A DNA stretch of 64,000 bases from an uncultured delta proteobacterium (lineage in GTDB: Bacteria > Desulfobacterota > Desulfobacteria > Desulfobacterales > B30-G6). Both the position numbers and the translations under genes were made by a program. Position 1 is the first letter of the stretch, and every line of letters begins with the position of its first letter. The stretch is from the NCBI GenBank assembly GCA_963823335.1, contig CAWGLD010000006.1, forward strand, positions 34,559 to 98,558, in the 5' to 3' direction. Below are positions 36,862 through 46,877 of the stretch, piece by piece. The notes under the pieces were generated by a model, which saw nothing but the letters and a program-made list of their open reading frames with translations, made no database searches and had not been told where the DNA came from.

Positions 36862-38766
36862 ATGCACATGCAGTTTCCCTTTAATTTAGAGACATACACA
36901 CCTGTCAAATTCGATCTTTCCCAAAAAGAGATGACCAACGAGCAAAAAGAGCAATTGAGTATAAATATACAATTAATTCGGGATAGTATCGTATTTTTTA
37001 CGGCCTATGCCAACACAAAGGGTCTTGGTGGCCACACAGGCGGCGCATATGATATCGTTCCGGAGATACTGATCATTGACGGTTTCATGAAAAAGCACTC
37101 GTCCATATACCCTGTCTTTTTCGACGAGGCCGGACACCGGGTTGCTGCCCAATATCAGATGGCGGTATTAAATGGATACATGCCCATCGAATCGCTGTTT
37201 CATTATCGTGAATTTGAAAGCGGACTTTATGGCCACCCTGAAAGAGACGATGCCAAAGGTATCTTTTTTAGTTCGGGTCGTCTGGGACATCTCTGGAGTT
37301 ATGTCAATGGCATTGCCACCGCCCATCCGGAAAAGACCGTTGTGATGTTCGGCAGTGATGGATCCCAGCAGGAAGGTGGAGACGCAGAAGCGGCACGGTA
37401 TGCCGTAGCACAAAATCTTAATGTGAAACTACTCATCGATGACAACGATGTGACAATCGCCGGCCACCCCAGCGAATATTTGAAGGGATTCAGCGTCGCG
37501 ACCACCCTCAAAGGACACGGAATGCCGGTAGACACATGCGACGGAGAAGATCTGGAAGCACTTTACAGGAACATCCGGAAACTGCTGTCCACCGAAGGCC
37601 CCATGGCCTTGGTCAACTATCGGAAAATGGGTGTTGGTATCAAGGGGATTGAAGGAACCCCCAAGGGTCATGATGTCATAGCTGTGGATCTGGCCATTGA
37701 TTACCTCAAAGAAAAAGGACGAGATGCGGCCGTCATTATATTGGAAAATGCTACCAAAAAATCCGCTGCTCGAACATACCTTGGCAGTTCTACGGAAAAA
37801 GCGAAAAACCGGGATAATTTTGGTAAAATTATCTGCGATATCCTTCAAAATATACCCGACCGGAAATCGAAAGTACTGGTGGTGGACTCGGATCTTGAGG
37901 GATCATGCGGTCTACACCATATTCGCAAGACCTTTCCCGAAGTATATGTGCACGGCGGAATCATGGAAAGGAACAATTTTTCAGTGGCGGCCGGATTTGG
38001 TGCGACATCGGGAAAACAAGGCATTTTCGGTACGTTTTCAGCATTCCTTGAAATGGTTGTTTCAGAAATAACCATGGCCCGTTTGAACAATGCCAACCTC
38101 CTGGCCCATTTTTCCCATGCGGGTGTGGACGATATGGCCGACAATACCTGCCATTTCGGTATCAACAATTTCTTTGCCGACAATGGCTTGCAGGACAATG
38201 ACACGACCCGTCTCTATTATCCGGCGGACTCTCATCAATTGAGGGCGCTTCTCACTAAAATCTTTGATGACGAAGGGCTGCGCTTCGTGTTTTCAACCCG
38301 ATCTGCGGTTCCTTTTATACAAAACCAGGCAGGCCAGCCTCTTTTTGATGATGAATACCAATTTACTCCTGGAAAAGACGAGATCATTCGCGAAGGTGAC
38401 CTGGGATATGTGGTTTCCTACGGTGAAATGCTCTACCGATGCCTGGATGCCGTGGATCGATTGCGGAAAGAAGGCATACGGGTCGGACTGATCAACAAAC
38501 CGACCCTGAATGTGGTGGATGAGGAAATGATGACCCGCCTGGGTTCCGCAGGTTTTGTTCTGCTGGTGGAGACCCAAAACATCAAGTCGGGTTTAGGCGT
38601 CAGATTCGGCACATGGCTACTCGAAAGGGGCCACGCAACTAGGTATGCGCACCTGGGTGTTACACGGGAGGGTCATGGTGGCATCGTAGAACAGATTCCC
38701 TGTCAGGGACTCGACCCGGCCGACATCCTGAGCAAGATACGGTCTATGATTCAGAGTAAAGCGTAG
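36862..38766 (+). CDS. transketolase-family TPP enzyme (single polypeptide, divergent)
   Basis: 634 aa. GGHTGGA, SSGRLGH, GSDGSQQEGGDAEA..YA....L.V..LIDDNDV.I.G (TPP/metal site), and a Pyr domain with GI.ERN....AAG. TAG stop. Confidence 0.75.
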   Translation: MHMQFPFNLETYTPVKFDLSQKEMTNEQKEQLSINIQLIRDSIVFFTAYANTKGLGGHTGGAYDIVPEILIIDGFMKKHSSIYPVFFDEAGHRVAAQYQMAVLNGYMPIESLFHYREFESGLYGHPERDDAKGIFFSSGRLGHLWSYVNGIATAHPEKTVVMFGSDGSQQEGGDAEAARYAVAQNLNVKLLIDDNDVTIAGHPSEYLKGFSVATTLKGHGMPVDTCDGEDLEALYRNIRKLLSTEGPMALVNYRKMGVGIKGIEGTPKGHDVIAVDLAIDYLKEKGRDAAVIILENATKKSAARTYLGSSTEKAKNRDNFGKIICDILQNIPDRKSKVLVVDSDLEGSCGLHHIRKTFPEVYVHGGIMERNNFSVAAGFGATSGKQGIFGTFSAFLEMVVSEITMARLNNANLLAHFSHAGVDDMADNTCHFGINNFFADNGLQDNDTTRLYYPADSHQLRALLTKIFDDEGLRFVFSTRSAVPFIQNQAGQPLFDDEYQFTPGKDEIIREGDLGYVVSYGEMLYRCLDAVDRLRKEGIRVGLINKPTLNVVDEEMMTRLGSAGFVLLVETQNIKSGLGVRFGTWLLERGHATRYAHLGVTREGHGGIVEQIPCQGLDPADILSKIRSMIQSKA

Positions 38767-38838
38767 TGCATCAATGGAACAAATGAAACCATGTCCGGGA
38801 ACATCTGCCGTGTTTCCGGAAGTTGAAATGGACGAAAT

Positions 38839-39594
38839 ATGCAAATAGTCGACCCCAACAATCCCATACCTAAATATCTTCAGATCAGTATTTGGCTCAA
38901 GGAAGCGATCCAGATCGGCAGATATCCTTTGGGAGAGAAAATTCCTTCCGAAGTCGAACTGTCACGCATGTGCCAGGTCAACCGCAACACCCTGAGACAG
39001 GCTATTGCCGAATTATCGAAGAATGGCCTTCTAACCAAGAAAAAAGGCAAGGGAACCTTTGTAACCGCATCGAAACCCACCGCGCTCAGGCATCAGCTCA
39101 ATCGGATATCCAGTTTCAGCAAAGAGCTTTCTGCGGCGGGCATTCAGGAGAACACCTGCCTGCTCGGCAAGGGTATCGAGAAACCGTCTGAACGTACAGC
39201 AAAGGCACTTACCCTCGGGCCCGACACCGATGTAATCGCCATTCGGCGTCTGAGGACCGGGGACGATCTGCCTCTCATTTATGAGGAAACGTATCTTCCG
39301 GTCGATCTGTACGACGGTATTTTAAAAATGGATCTGACCGGATCCCTGTATGAGATATTCACGACTTCGTTCAACACCGTGCTGGCCCGTTGCGAGCAGA
39401 CCATTACGGCCGTCAACCTGAACGGCGAGATTGCGCATTCGCTGAAATTGAAGAAAAACGCTGCTGCGCTATACATGGAAAGCGTTACCTATAACGACCA
39501 CAATATGCCGGTTGAATTTCTGTGCGGCTATTTCAGGGGTGATAAATACGCATTTGCTGTCGAGCTCGGTCGATACCATTTAACAGAACAATAA
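38839..39594 (+). CDS. GntR-family transcriptional regulator, HutC/FarR subfamily (UTRA effector domain)
   Basis: 251 aa. The wHTH region reads PKYLQISIWLKEAIQIGRYPLGEKIPSEVELSRMCQVNRNTLRQAIAEL. C-terminal UTRA-like domain. Confidence 0.85.
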   Translation: MQIVDPNNPIPKYLQISIWLKEAIQIGRYPLGEKIPSEVELSRMCQVNRNTLRQAIAELSKNGLLTKKKGKGTFVTASKPTALRHQLNRISSFSKELSAAGIQENTCLLGKGIEKPSERTAKALTLGPDTDVIAIRRLRTGDDLPLIYEETYLPVDLYDGILKMDLTGSLYEIFTTSFNTVLARCEQTITAVNLNGEIAHSLKLKKNAAALYMESVTYNDHNMPVEFLCGYFRGDKYAFAVELGRYHLTEQ

Positions 39595-39701
39595 ATGTGT
39601 TATACAAATTTATTTGACGCGACTGCGTCGCTTATAGAACGAACGGATGAATCAAGTTTTAACGAGACATCGATATCAATTAGAAAGTTAAAGCAGTTTT
39701 A

Positions 39702-39729
39702 CTAGAAGCCATTTTGAGATAGCTTCTAA
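39702..39729. repeat. 28-bp mini-copy or footprint of the MITE (terminal repeat tips only)
   Basis: CTAGAAGCCAT+TTTGAGATAGCTTCTAA equals the left 11 nt and the right 17 nt of the 148-bp element. Confidence 0.6.
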
Positions 39730-39748
39730 AACCGCCAAGGAGGCAAAC

Positions 39749-40948
39749 ATGCAAGAAAGAAATCTGTTAGAAAAATTAGTCGACGTCAGCCCCGGAATGG
39801 AGATCTGGTGGGATTCATCACCGGTCATTTATAACAACTGGTGCAAGAAATTGCTCGACAAGGCCGATGTTGCCGATCGAGGGCTTCTGCAGGCCCAGTT
39901 TGACCGGATGTATAATCCCTCCAGTCCCGAGACACAGCTTTTCAGGGGTGTAACCACCAACCCGCCCCTCTCTCTCCAGGCAATTCAGGATGATGTTCCC
40001 CTGTGGCAAAAAAAGGCCCAGGAAATCATCACCGCCAATCCAGGCATCGACACGGAGTCGCTTTTCTGGAAACTCTACCTTTCCGTTGTCAAACTGGGTT
40101 CGGATCTGTATCTGCCCCTGTTTGAAAAGTCTGGATATACCGAGGGCTTTCTTTCAGGTCAGACAGATCCCCGCAGTGCGTTTGACAAAGATGCCATGAT
40201 TAAGCAAGCTCTCGATATCGCCAAAATAAATCCCAACGTCATGATCAAGGTGCCGGGAACCAAAGAAGGCTATGAGGTCATCGAATTTCTGACATCCAAA
40301 GGTATTGCCACCAACAACACCCTGACCTTTGTACTGCCCCAACTGGTTGATTGTGCCGAGTCGGTTAAGCGCGGTCTTGAAACGGCCAAAAAGAACAATG
40401 TGGATCTTTCCAAATGGCGCTCAGTGATTACGCACATGGAATCGAGATACGGTGATCTTGGGGGTCTTAGGGATTTTGCAGCCGAGAAAAATATCGAACT
40501 TTCGGACATGGACGTCAGATGGGCGGAGCTGGCCATTTTCAAAAAAGCTTATAAGTACCTGATCGACAACAAAATGTCGAGCAAGATGCTCTCCTGTTCC
40601 CTGCGGATCGGTCCCGTGGTGGACGGTGTCACACGCATTCCGCATCTGGAGGAAAAAGCAGGCTGTGCAACGGTCGTAACCTGCCCGCCGACCTTTATCG
40701 ACCAGATCATCAACTTTGCAGAACAGGATAAAATTGTCTTCGAGAAAGACCGTATCCTCAAAGACATTCCCAAGGATGTCATGGACAAGCTGATGCAGGT
40801 ACCCTATTTTGAAAAAGCCTATGCAGTGGACGGCTATTCCCGGGATGAGTACAATACCCACCCCGCACTTCAGCGGACGGCGGCACAATTTTCCAAAGCC
40901 ACCGAAGAAATGGTGGCGTTTGCAGACAATTGTCTGAATAACGCTTAA
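39749..40948 (+). CDS. transaldolase-family protein (long form)
   Basis: 399 aa. TTNP near the N-terminus and VMIKVPGT.EG (Schiff-base Lys context), then ATNNTL.F. Confidence 0.7.
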   Translation: MQERNLLEKLVDVSPGMEIWWDSSPVIYNNWCKKLLDKADVADRGLLQAQFDRMYNPSSPETQLFRGVTTNPPLSLQAIQDDVPLWQKKAQEIITANPGIDTESLFWKLYLSVVKLGSDLYLPLFEKSGYTEGFLSGQTDPRSAFDKDAMIKQALDIAKINPNVMIKVPGTKEGYEVIEFLTSKGIATNNTLTFVLPQLVDCAESVKRGLETAKKNNVDLSKWRSVITHMESRYGDLGGLRDFAAEKNIELSDMDVRWAELAIFKKAYKYLIDNKMSSKMLSCSLRIGPVVDGVTRIPHLEEKAGCATVVTCPPTFIDQIINFAEQDKIVFEKDRILKDIPKDVMDKLMQVPYFEKAYAVDGYSRDEYNTHPALQRTAAQFSKATEEMVAFADNCLNNA

Positions 40949-40978
40949 TATTTGTTCCCTTACGTAAAGGAGGACCTT

Positions 40979-42091
40979 ATGAAAGTAGGTGTTTTAAAAG
41001 AAATCAAAACAAAGGAGAACCGCGTCGCCATGACACCTGCGGGTGTCGAACAGATGGTTGTCCACGGACATACGGTCATGGTGGAAACCACCGCCGGTGA
41101 AGGCTCAGGCTTTTCCGACAAGACCTATGAAAAAGCCGGTGCCAGGATCGAACCTTCGGCCCAGGCGATTTACGAAAAAAATGAAATGGTCATGAAAGTA
41201 AAAGAACCCTTACCGGTGGAATTCCCTCTGATCCGTAAAGGTCAGGTGCTGTTTACCTACTTTCATTTTGCTGCCTCAGAGGTGTTGACACGTGCCATCA
41301 TCGACACCGGCTCCATTGCCGTTGCCTATGAAACCGTCGAAAAAGCCAACGGTTCCCTGCCCCTGCTGACGCCCATGAGCGAAGTGGCCGGGCGGATGGC
41401 GATTCATGAAGGTGCCAAGTACCTTGAAAAGACCTACAATGGCAAAGGCATTCTGCTGGGCGGGGTTCCGGGAACGGAACCGGGAACCGTCATCGTCATT
41501 GGCGGCGGCATTGTCGGTACCAATGCAGCTAAAATAGCCTGTGGCATGGGGGCCAAGGTATATCTTCTGGACACCAATCTGGAACGGCTCCGGTATCTTT
41601 CGGATGTCATGCCAAAAAATTGTTTCCCCCTCATGTCCAACCCGGCTATCCTGCGCAAACTGCTCAAGGAGGCCGATCTGGTCGTAGGCGCCGTCTTGAT
41701 TCCAGGCGCCGTGGCCCCCAAGCTGATCACCCGTGAGATGTTGGGGTACATGAAAAAAGGATCCGTGATTGTGGATGTGGCCATCGATCAGGGCGGGTGT
41801 TTTGAAACGTCAAAAGCCACCACCCATGACGATCCCATCTATGAGGTGGACGGTATTATTCACTATTGTGTGGCCAATATGCCTGGAGCGGTTTCCATGA
41901 CCTCAACGGTCGCTCTGACAAACGCCACCCTGCCCTATGCCCTTCAACTCGCAAACAAGGGCTACAGGATTGCAGCTCTGGAAAACCCCGAACTCGCCAA
42001 AGGTCTAAATATAGTTGAAGGAAAAGTGACCTACAAAGGCGTAGCTGATGCATTTAACCTGGCATTCGAACCATTCGAATCCGTTTTATAG
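40979..42091 (+). CDS. ald: alanine dehydrogenase
   Basis: [32 protein letters not shown] Rossmann motif, [14 protein letters not shown] 40979 follows GGAGG. Confidence 0.9.
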   Translation: MKVGVLKEIKTKENRVAMTPAGVEQMVVHGHTVMVETTAGEGSGFSDKTYEKAGARIEPSAQAIYEKNEMVMKVKEPLPVEFPLIRKGQVLFTYFHFAASEVLTRAIIDTGSIAVAYETVEKANGSLPLLTPMSEVAGRMAIHEGAKYLEKTYNGKGILLGGVPGTEPGTVIVIGGGIVGTNAAKIACGMGAKVYLLDTNLERLRYLSDVMPKNCFPLMSNPAILRKLLKEADLVVGAVLIPGAVAPKLITREMLGYMKKGSVIVDVAIDQGGCFETSKATTHDDPIYEVDGIIHYCVANMPGAVSMTSTVALTNATLPYALQLANKGYRIAALENPELAKGLNIVEGKVTYKGVADAFNLAFEPFESVL

Positions 42092-42141
42092 GACATTTAT
42101 TTTGCAACGCACCCAATCAATCATATGAAAGGACACTAAAA

Positions 42142-43230
42142 ATGAAAAAAGTACTAAAAGACTGGATCGTACCCTGGCTCTATACGGCTAGAGAATATAA
42201 TGTCGGCATTCTGGACAAGGCATGGGCCAATCCGGACCACGCCCGCCTCATGCTCAATGAAAACCCCATTCAACCCTCGGAAAAGGTGGTGGAGGCAGTG
42301 GCGCAAGCCATCCGCAATGGCAACCGCTATCCTGACAGCTTTCTGCGCTTGAGGACCAAAATCGGCAAGATGTATGGCCTGGGACCGGACAACGTGGCAC
42401 TTTGCAATGGTTCTTCTGAGACCATCGATGCCATGATGCGTGTTTTCCTGCAGCCTGGCGACGAGTTCATGCTGTCCACGCCGACCTTCGAGCTTTTTCC
42501 ACCGCGTGCAGAGCTGTGCAATGCCAAGGTTGTTTCAATCCCGGTTCGGGAAGAAGACCTGCAGTATGATGTCGATGCGATGCTGGCCGCCATCAACGAC
42601 AGGACCAAACTGATCCTGATCATCAACCCTAACAACCCCACCGGCGTCTTCATCGATGATGCCGATCTGGACCGATTCTGTGAAACGGGTGTCCCCCTCT
42701 GTGTGGACGAGGCTTACCTGGACTACAACCCTGACAGACCTTCGAAAGCGTATCTGATCAAGAAATATCCCCAGGTATTCCTGTCGGTAACTTTTTCCAA
42801 GGCCTATGGGTTTGCAGGCATTCGTTTCGGGTTCGTACTGGGAACCGAAGAGATGATCGCCGCCTTCAACCGCATGTTCCTGCCCTGGAACGTGAGCCTG
42901 ATGTCCGCTGCCGCTGCTGAAGCCATCCTCGACAATCCAGACGAGGTCAAGCAAAAGGTCGCGCACAACAACAAGTGGATGGCTGTTTTTTCCGAAGAAC
43001 TCAAGAAGCTGGGGCTCAAACCTTTTCCGGCCAATGGTAATTACATGCTTATCGACGGTACCATGACGGGCAAGAGCACCGAAGAAATCCTCAAAGCCGC
43101 TCTTGACGAAAAAATATATCTCAAGAAAATAGGTGAAATCCACGGGAAGACCGGCTATTTCAGGGTAACCCCTGGAACGGATGCAGAAAACGAGAAGTTC
43201 ATAAAATTTATCCGCGCTTATTTCGCATAA
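42142..43230 (+). CDS. class I/II pyridoxal-phosphate aminotransferase, HisC/CobD-like
   Basis: 362 aa. LNENP, NPNNPTG, TFSKAYGFAGIRFGF (PLP Lys). Confidence 0.75.
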   Translation: MKKVLKDWIVPWLYTAREYNVGILDKAWANPDHARLMLNENPIQPSEKVVEAVAQAIRNGNRYPDSFLRLRTKIGKMYGLGPDNVALCNGSSETIDAMMRVFLQPGDEFMLSTPTFELFPPRAELCNAKVVSIPVREEDLQYDVDAMLAAINDRTKLILIINPNNPTGVFIDDADLDRFCETGVPLCVDEAYLDYNPDRPSKAYLIKKYPQVFLSVTFSKAYGFAGIRFGFVLGTEEMIAAFNRMFLPWNVSLMSAAAAEAILDNPDEVKQKVAHNNKWMAVFSEELKKLGLKPFPANGNYMLIDGTMTGKSTEEILKAALDEKIYLKKIGEIHGKTGYFRVTPGTDAENEKFIKFIRAYFA

Positions 43231-43267
43231 ATTATCAAAAAAAATATAGATCTCCCAAGCTAAAATC

Positions 43268-43355
43268 GGACATTCCATGAGAAGGCAGTTGTTTCCTCTT
43301 TCATGGAATGATCCGGTTTCTTGTACCTGAGCGGCACACATGATTGGGTGTGCCG
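43268..43355 (+). terminator. two strong hairpins between the aminotransferase genes
   Basis: GGAcATTCCATGA...TCATGGAATgaTCC (43268..43314) and CGGCACAC-atgattgg-GTGTGCCG (43332..43355). U-rich but not canonical tails. Could be a terminator or a leader structure. Confidence 0.4.
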
Positions 43356-43487
43356 AAATGGACCACTCGGTTTATTTCCTCTTGTTTTGTCTGAATAATT
43401 CATATAGGGAATTCCCAAACAATGGAACCTCCTCAAAATTAAAGACGTTCCCAAATCACCGACCGACACCTTAGAAAGGGAAGCTGA

Positions 43488-44333
43488 ATGGATATCTATT
43501 ACATCGACGGGCAGTATGTAGATGAGGACAAATGTGTACTGTCCGTGAAAGACATTATCGTTCTGAGGGGTTTTGGTGTATTCGATTTCTTGATTACCTA
43601 TAACAAACGACCCTTCTATTTAAAGGAACACGTTCAACGCCTGGAAACATCAGCCCAAAAAATTGGACTCAAGATAAGACACGCCAACGACGAGATCTGT
43701 CGTATTGTCGAAGAAACAATCCGGCGTAACACCCACCACGATGAATCGAACATCCGTATCGTTTACACCGGCGGCATCAGCTCGGATGGCGTCACACCAG
43801 AGGGAAACGGATACCTGATCGTCATGGTGACACCCAAACACCAACTGCCTGAATGGTGGTATTCCGACGGTGCAAAATTGATTACCGCGGAGATCGAGCG
43901 TTTTATCCCCGGCGCCAAAAGCACCAACTATCTGACAGCGGTATGGGCTCTGGAGCGGGCACACGCCATGGGTGCCATCGAGTCCATCTATGTGGATCGC
44001 AACAACCGACTTCTTGAAGGCACCACCACGAATTTTTTCTGTTTCAAGGAGAACAAACTTATCACACCCAAACTGGATATATTGCCGGGTATTACGCGCA
44101 GTGTACTGGTGGACCTGGTCGAGGGACACTTTGATCTGGAAATCAGGGAAATCCATAGGGCTGAACTCTCCTCCATGGAAGAGGTTTTCATTTCTGCCTC
44201 TAATAAAGAGATCGTACCGATTATAGAAGTGGACGACATCAAAATCGGAAACGGTCGGCCCGGTCAGAGAACACAAAAAGTGATGCAGCTTTTCAAAGAC
44301 TACACCACTGCGTACGGACAGGGAAAGGTGTGA
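43488..44333 (+). CDS. class IV aminotransferase (D-amino-acid / branched-chain aminotransferase fold)
   Basis: 281 aa. RGFGVFD, GAKSTNYL, E.TT.NFF, PGITR. Confidence 0.8.
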   Translation: MDIYYIDGQYVDEDKCVLSVKDIIVLRGFGVFDFLITYNKRPFYLKEHVQRLETSAQKIGLKIRHANDEICRIVEETIRRNTHHDESNIRIVYTGGISSDGVTPEGNGYLIVMVTPKHQLPEWWYSDGAKLITAEIERFIPGAKSTNYLTAVWALERAHAMGAIESIYVDRNNRLLEGTTTNFFCFKENKLITPKLDILPGITRSVLVDLVEGHFDLEIREIHRAELSSMEEVFISASNKEIVPIIEVDDIKIGNGRPGQRTQKVMQLFKDYTTAYGQGKV

Positions 44334-44334
44334 C

Positions 44335-45522
44335 ATGGAAGCCATGCCCGGCCCAGCCGGTGACATTCCTCCCCTGACCTGGGCGGAAATCGATCTTGGT
44401 GCGCTGGCACATAATTATCGTGAATTGCGACGTGTCACCAAATCGTCTGCTGTCATGATGGCTGTTGTAAAAGCGGATGGATATGGCCATGGTGCACCCC
44501 AGGTGGCCCGGGTGGCCCTTGAAAATGGTGCCGAACTTCTCGCAGTGGCACGTATGGGTGAGGCTATCAGACTTCGGGAAGCCGGTATATCGGCACCCAT
44601 ACTTCTTTTTGGTCACAGCTTGCCCGCGTATGTAGATATTCTGGCAGTCAGTGACATTCGGGCGGCCCTTAACTCACTGGATGGTGCCCGTTCCATTTCA
44701 GCGCAGGCCGTACGCCGCAAAACAAGCATCAAGGCCCACATCAAGGTTGACACCGGCATGGGGCGTCTGGGTCTTCTGGCGGATGAAATTGCAATCCAGA
44801 CAGATGCCGGCGAACAGTTCAACCGTGCCGTAAATGACATTCTGTCTATCTCCGCCCTTCCCGGCATCGAAGTGGAGGGTATTTTTACGCATTTTGCCAC
44901 TGCAGACAGTCGGGACAAGCGTTATGCAACGACCCAGTTGTCGCGCTTTACCAGACTGCTGGAAACGCTGGAAACGCATTCTTTACGGGTCCGGTATCGC
45001 CACGCCGCCAACAGTGCCGCCATCATTGAAATGCCCGAGTCCCACCTGGATCTGGTGAGACCCGGAATTGCCCAATATGGACTCTGGCCGTCGGATGAAG
45101 TGGACAAGCAACGAATCCATCTCAAGCCGGTAATGTCCATTAAATCCAGGGTAATTCATGTAAAGGATGTTGGTGCTGATTTTGCCGTCAGCTACGGCAG
45201 CACCCATGTTACATCCCATCCCACACGGATTGCCACCATTCCCATCGGTTACGCCGACGGATACAACCGGGTCCTTTCCTCCAATGGCTATATGCTGGTA
45301 AAGGGTGTGCGAGCTCCTATCATCGGCAGGGTTTGTATGGATCTGACCATGATCGATGTGGGTCATGTGCCGGATGTTTCTCTCGAAGATGAAGTCGTTA
45401 TACTGGGATCGCAAGGAGACGAAACCATCTCAGCAGATGAGATTGCAAAAAAGGCAGGCACCATTAATTACGAAATCGTATCGTCGCTGACATCCAGGGT
45501 ACCCAGGGTATATGTTCGGTGA
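44335..45522 (+). CDS. alr: alanine racemase
   Basis: 395 aa. AVVKADGYGHG (PLP Lys), FTHFA.AD, and GYADGY with R.G.VCMD. Confidence 0.85.
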   Translation: MEAMPGPAGDIPPLTWAEIDLGALAHNYRELRRVTKSSAVMMAVVKADGYGHGAPQVARVALENGAELLAVARMGEAIRLREAGISAPILLFGHSLPAYVDILAVSDIRAALNSLDGARSISAQAVRRKTSIKAHIKVDTGMGRLGLLADEIAIQTDAGEQFNRAVNDILSISALPGIEVEGIFTHFATADSRDKRYATTQLSRFTRLLETLETHSLRVRYRHAANSAAIIEMPESHLDLVRPGIAQYGLWPSDEVDKQRIHLKPVMSIKSRVIHVKDVGADFAVSYGSTHVTSHPTRIATIPIGYADGYNRVLSSNGYMLVKGVRAPIIGRVCMDLTMIDVGHVPDVSLEDEVVILGSQGDETISADEIAKKAGTINYEIVSSLTSRVPRVYVR

Positions 45523-45626
45523 GTTTGTTGAGTTCTTTGCGTTTGTTGGGTGTCCCTTAAAAATTGTTTTAACGCTGGTAAACGAACGAACATCGAACAT
45601 CGAACGTCCAACATCGAATTTTGAAT

Positions 45627-46868
45627 ATGAATCGCCCACCTGAAAATACAATAGACTGGCAGACAGGCACATACCACAATCCTCGGGCCGGAGAAACACA
45701 GGCTGACGTCATCATATGCTCTGACTGGGCACCTATTCGCGGATTCAAGGATATCATTCTCCAGAATCCGGAAGCTGTTTATGGTGATCTGCTTCCGGAG
45801 TTGCGAGACGGCGATATGCGGATCGTCAACCTGGAATGCCCCCTAGTGGATCAAGGGGAGCCGGTTTCCAAAAGTGGGGCTGTCCTGAAGGGTCTTTCCG
45901 GGCACATTACAGGACTCACCAGCATTCCCTTCGAGGTGGCCACCCTGGGCAATAATCACGTTTTTGATTACGGGACCGAAGCCTTTGTCCAAACCAGGGA
46001 TCTGCTGTATCAAAACAATATCAAGACCGTTGGTGCCGGCATGTCCATAGAGGAAGCGGCAGTGCCGTTGATTGTCACATCCAGGGGTGTTGCCATCGCT
46101 ATTGTCAATTTCAGTGAAGGTGAGGATCTGACCGCTGCAGGAGAAAACCCGGGCGTTCATGGCTGGGAAATCGATCGGGTGGTCGCTCAGGTTCAGGAGC
46201 TGCAGAGTCAGGTCAATGCAACCATCGTTGTCTGCCATGGTGGTGTCGAGTACATCCCCTATCCCCCACCCTACCTGGCTGCCGCATTTCATCGGATTGC
46301 CGATGCGGGTGCAGACCTGATCATCGGTCACCACCCCCACGTACCCCAAGGTGTTGACATACGAAACCATGTGCCCATCTGCTACAGCCTGGGCAATTTT
46401 GTTTTCTTTCAACACACCCGGCTGCAGTTCAGAAAAATAGGTTATTTTGTTAAAGCCGGAATTGCCGAAAATGGCCTCGCTCGAATGCGTATCGTACCTT
46501 ACGAAATCTTGCCCACCCGACTTCAATTGTTGAAAGAGGAAAAGTATCGCTGGATAATGAAAAAACTCAAAACCATATCTGAGCCTTTGAACGATTTATC
46601 CCGGATCATCCAGGCCTGGAACGGATTTATAAAACACTATGGTATCAACGGTTTTCAGAATGAGGTTGCCAACATTATGGAAACCCTTGCCCGGGAACCT
46701 GCCAAAGGAGCCGCCATGTTCCGAAACCGGATCACGACCATGCAGCACAACCAGCACCTGGTTGACACCATGACCCGTATCATGGACGGAACCATTGACC
46801 AGGCACCGGCATGGGCTCTCGACACTGTGTCCGAATGGCTCACACGGCAGATATCAGACAAACAGTAG
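45627..46868 (+). CDS. CapA-family (PGA_cap) metallophosphoesterase-fold protein without an N-terminal TM anchor
   Basis: NLE.P, LGNNHVFDYG, V.CHGG.EY...P, GHHPHV.QG. The track start at 45621 is TTG and the ATG lies at 45627. TAG stop. Confidence 0.7.
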   Translation: MNRPPENTIDWQTGTYHNPRAGETQADVIICSDWAPIRGFKDIILQNPEAVYGDLLPELRDGDMRIVNLECPLVDQGEPVSKSGAVLKGLSGHITGLTSIPFEVATLGNNHVFDYGTEAFVQTRDLLYQNNIKTVGAGMSIEEAAVPLIVTSRGVAIAIVNFSEGEDLTAAGENPGVHGWEIDRVVAQVQELQSQVNATIVVCHGGVEYIPYPPPYLAAAFHRIADAGADLIIGHHPHVPQGVDIRNHVPICYSLGNFVFFQHTRLQFRKIGYFVKAGIAENGLARMRIVPYEILPTRLQLLKEEKYRWIMKKLKTISEPLNDLSRIIQAWNGFIKHYGINGFQNEVANIMETLAREPAKGAAMFRNRITTMQHNQHLVDTMTRIMDGTIDQAPAWALDTVSEWLTRQISDKQ

Positions 46869-46877
46869 GAAAATTGA

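Noticed and set aside
42535-43341. Long antisense ORFs: 42535..43341 (268 aa), 43650..44366 (238 aa), 45843..46526 (227 aa), 30451..31119 (222 aa), 61202..62092 (296 aa), 54367..54975 (202 aa), 18082..18684 (200 aa), 63084..63656 (190 aa), 13557..14090 (177 aa)
   Set aside because: Each lies fully opposite a gene with strong family motifs. Their compositions are biased (His/Gly/Arg-rich, no motifs) and they lack RBS. These are typical stop-poor antisense frames.
45581-45612. Short tandem-like repeats (CGAACATCGAA units here, TTTGTG units at 55135..55172, TAACAGCC x2 at 51296..51315) as a possible CRISPR array or VNTR
   Set aside because: The units are 6-8 nt, imperfect, without spacers and far too short for CRISPR. 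They are better explained as degenerate members of the low-complexity intergenic repeat family.
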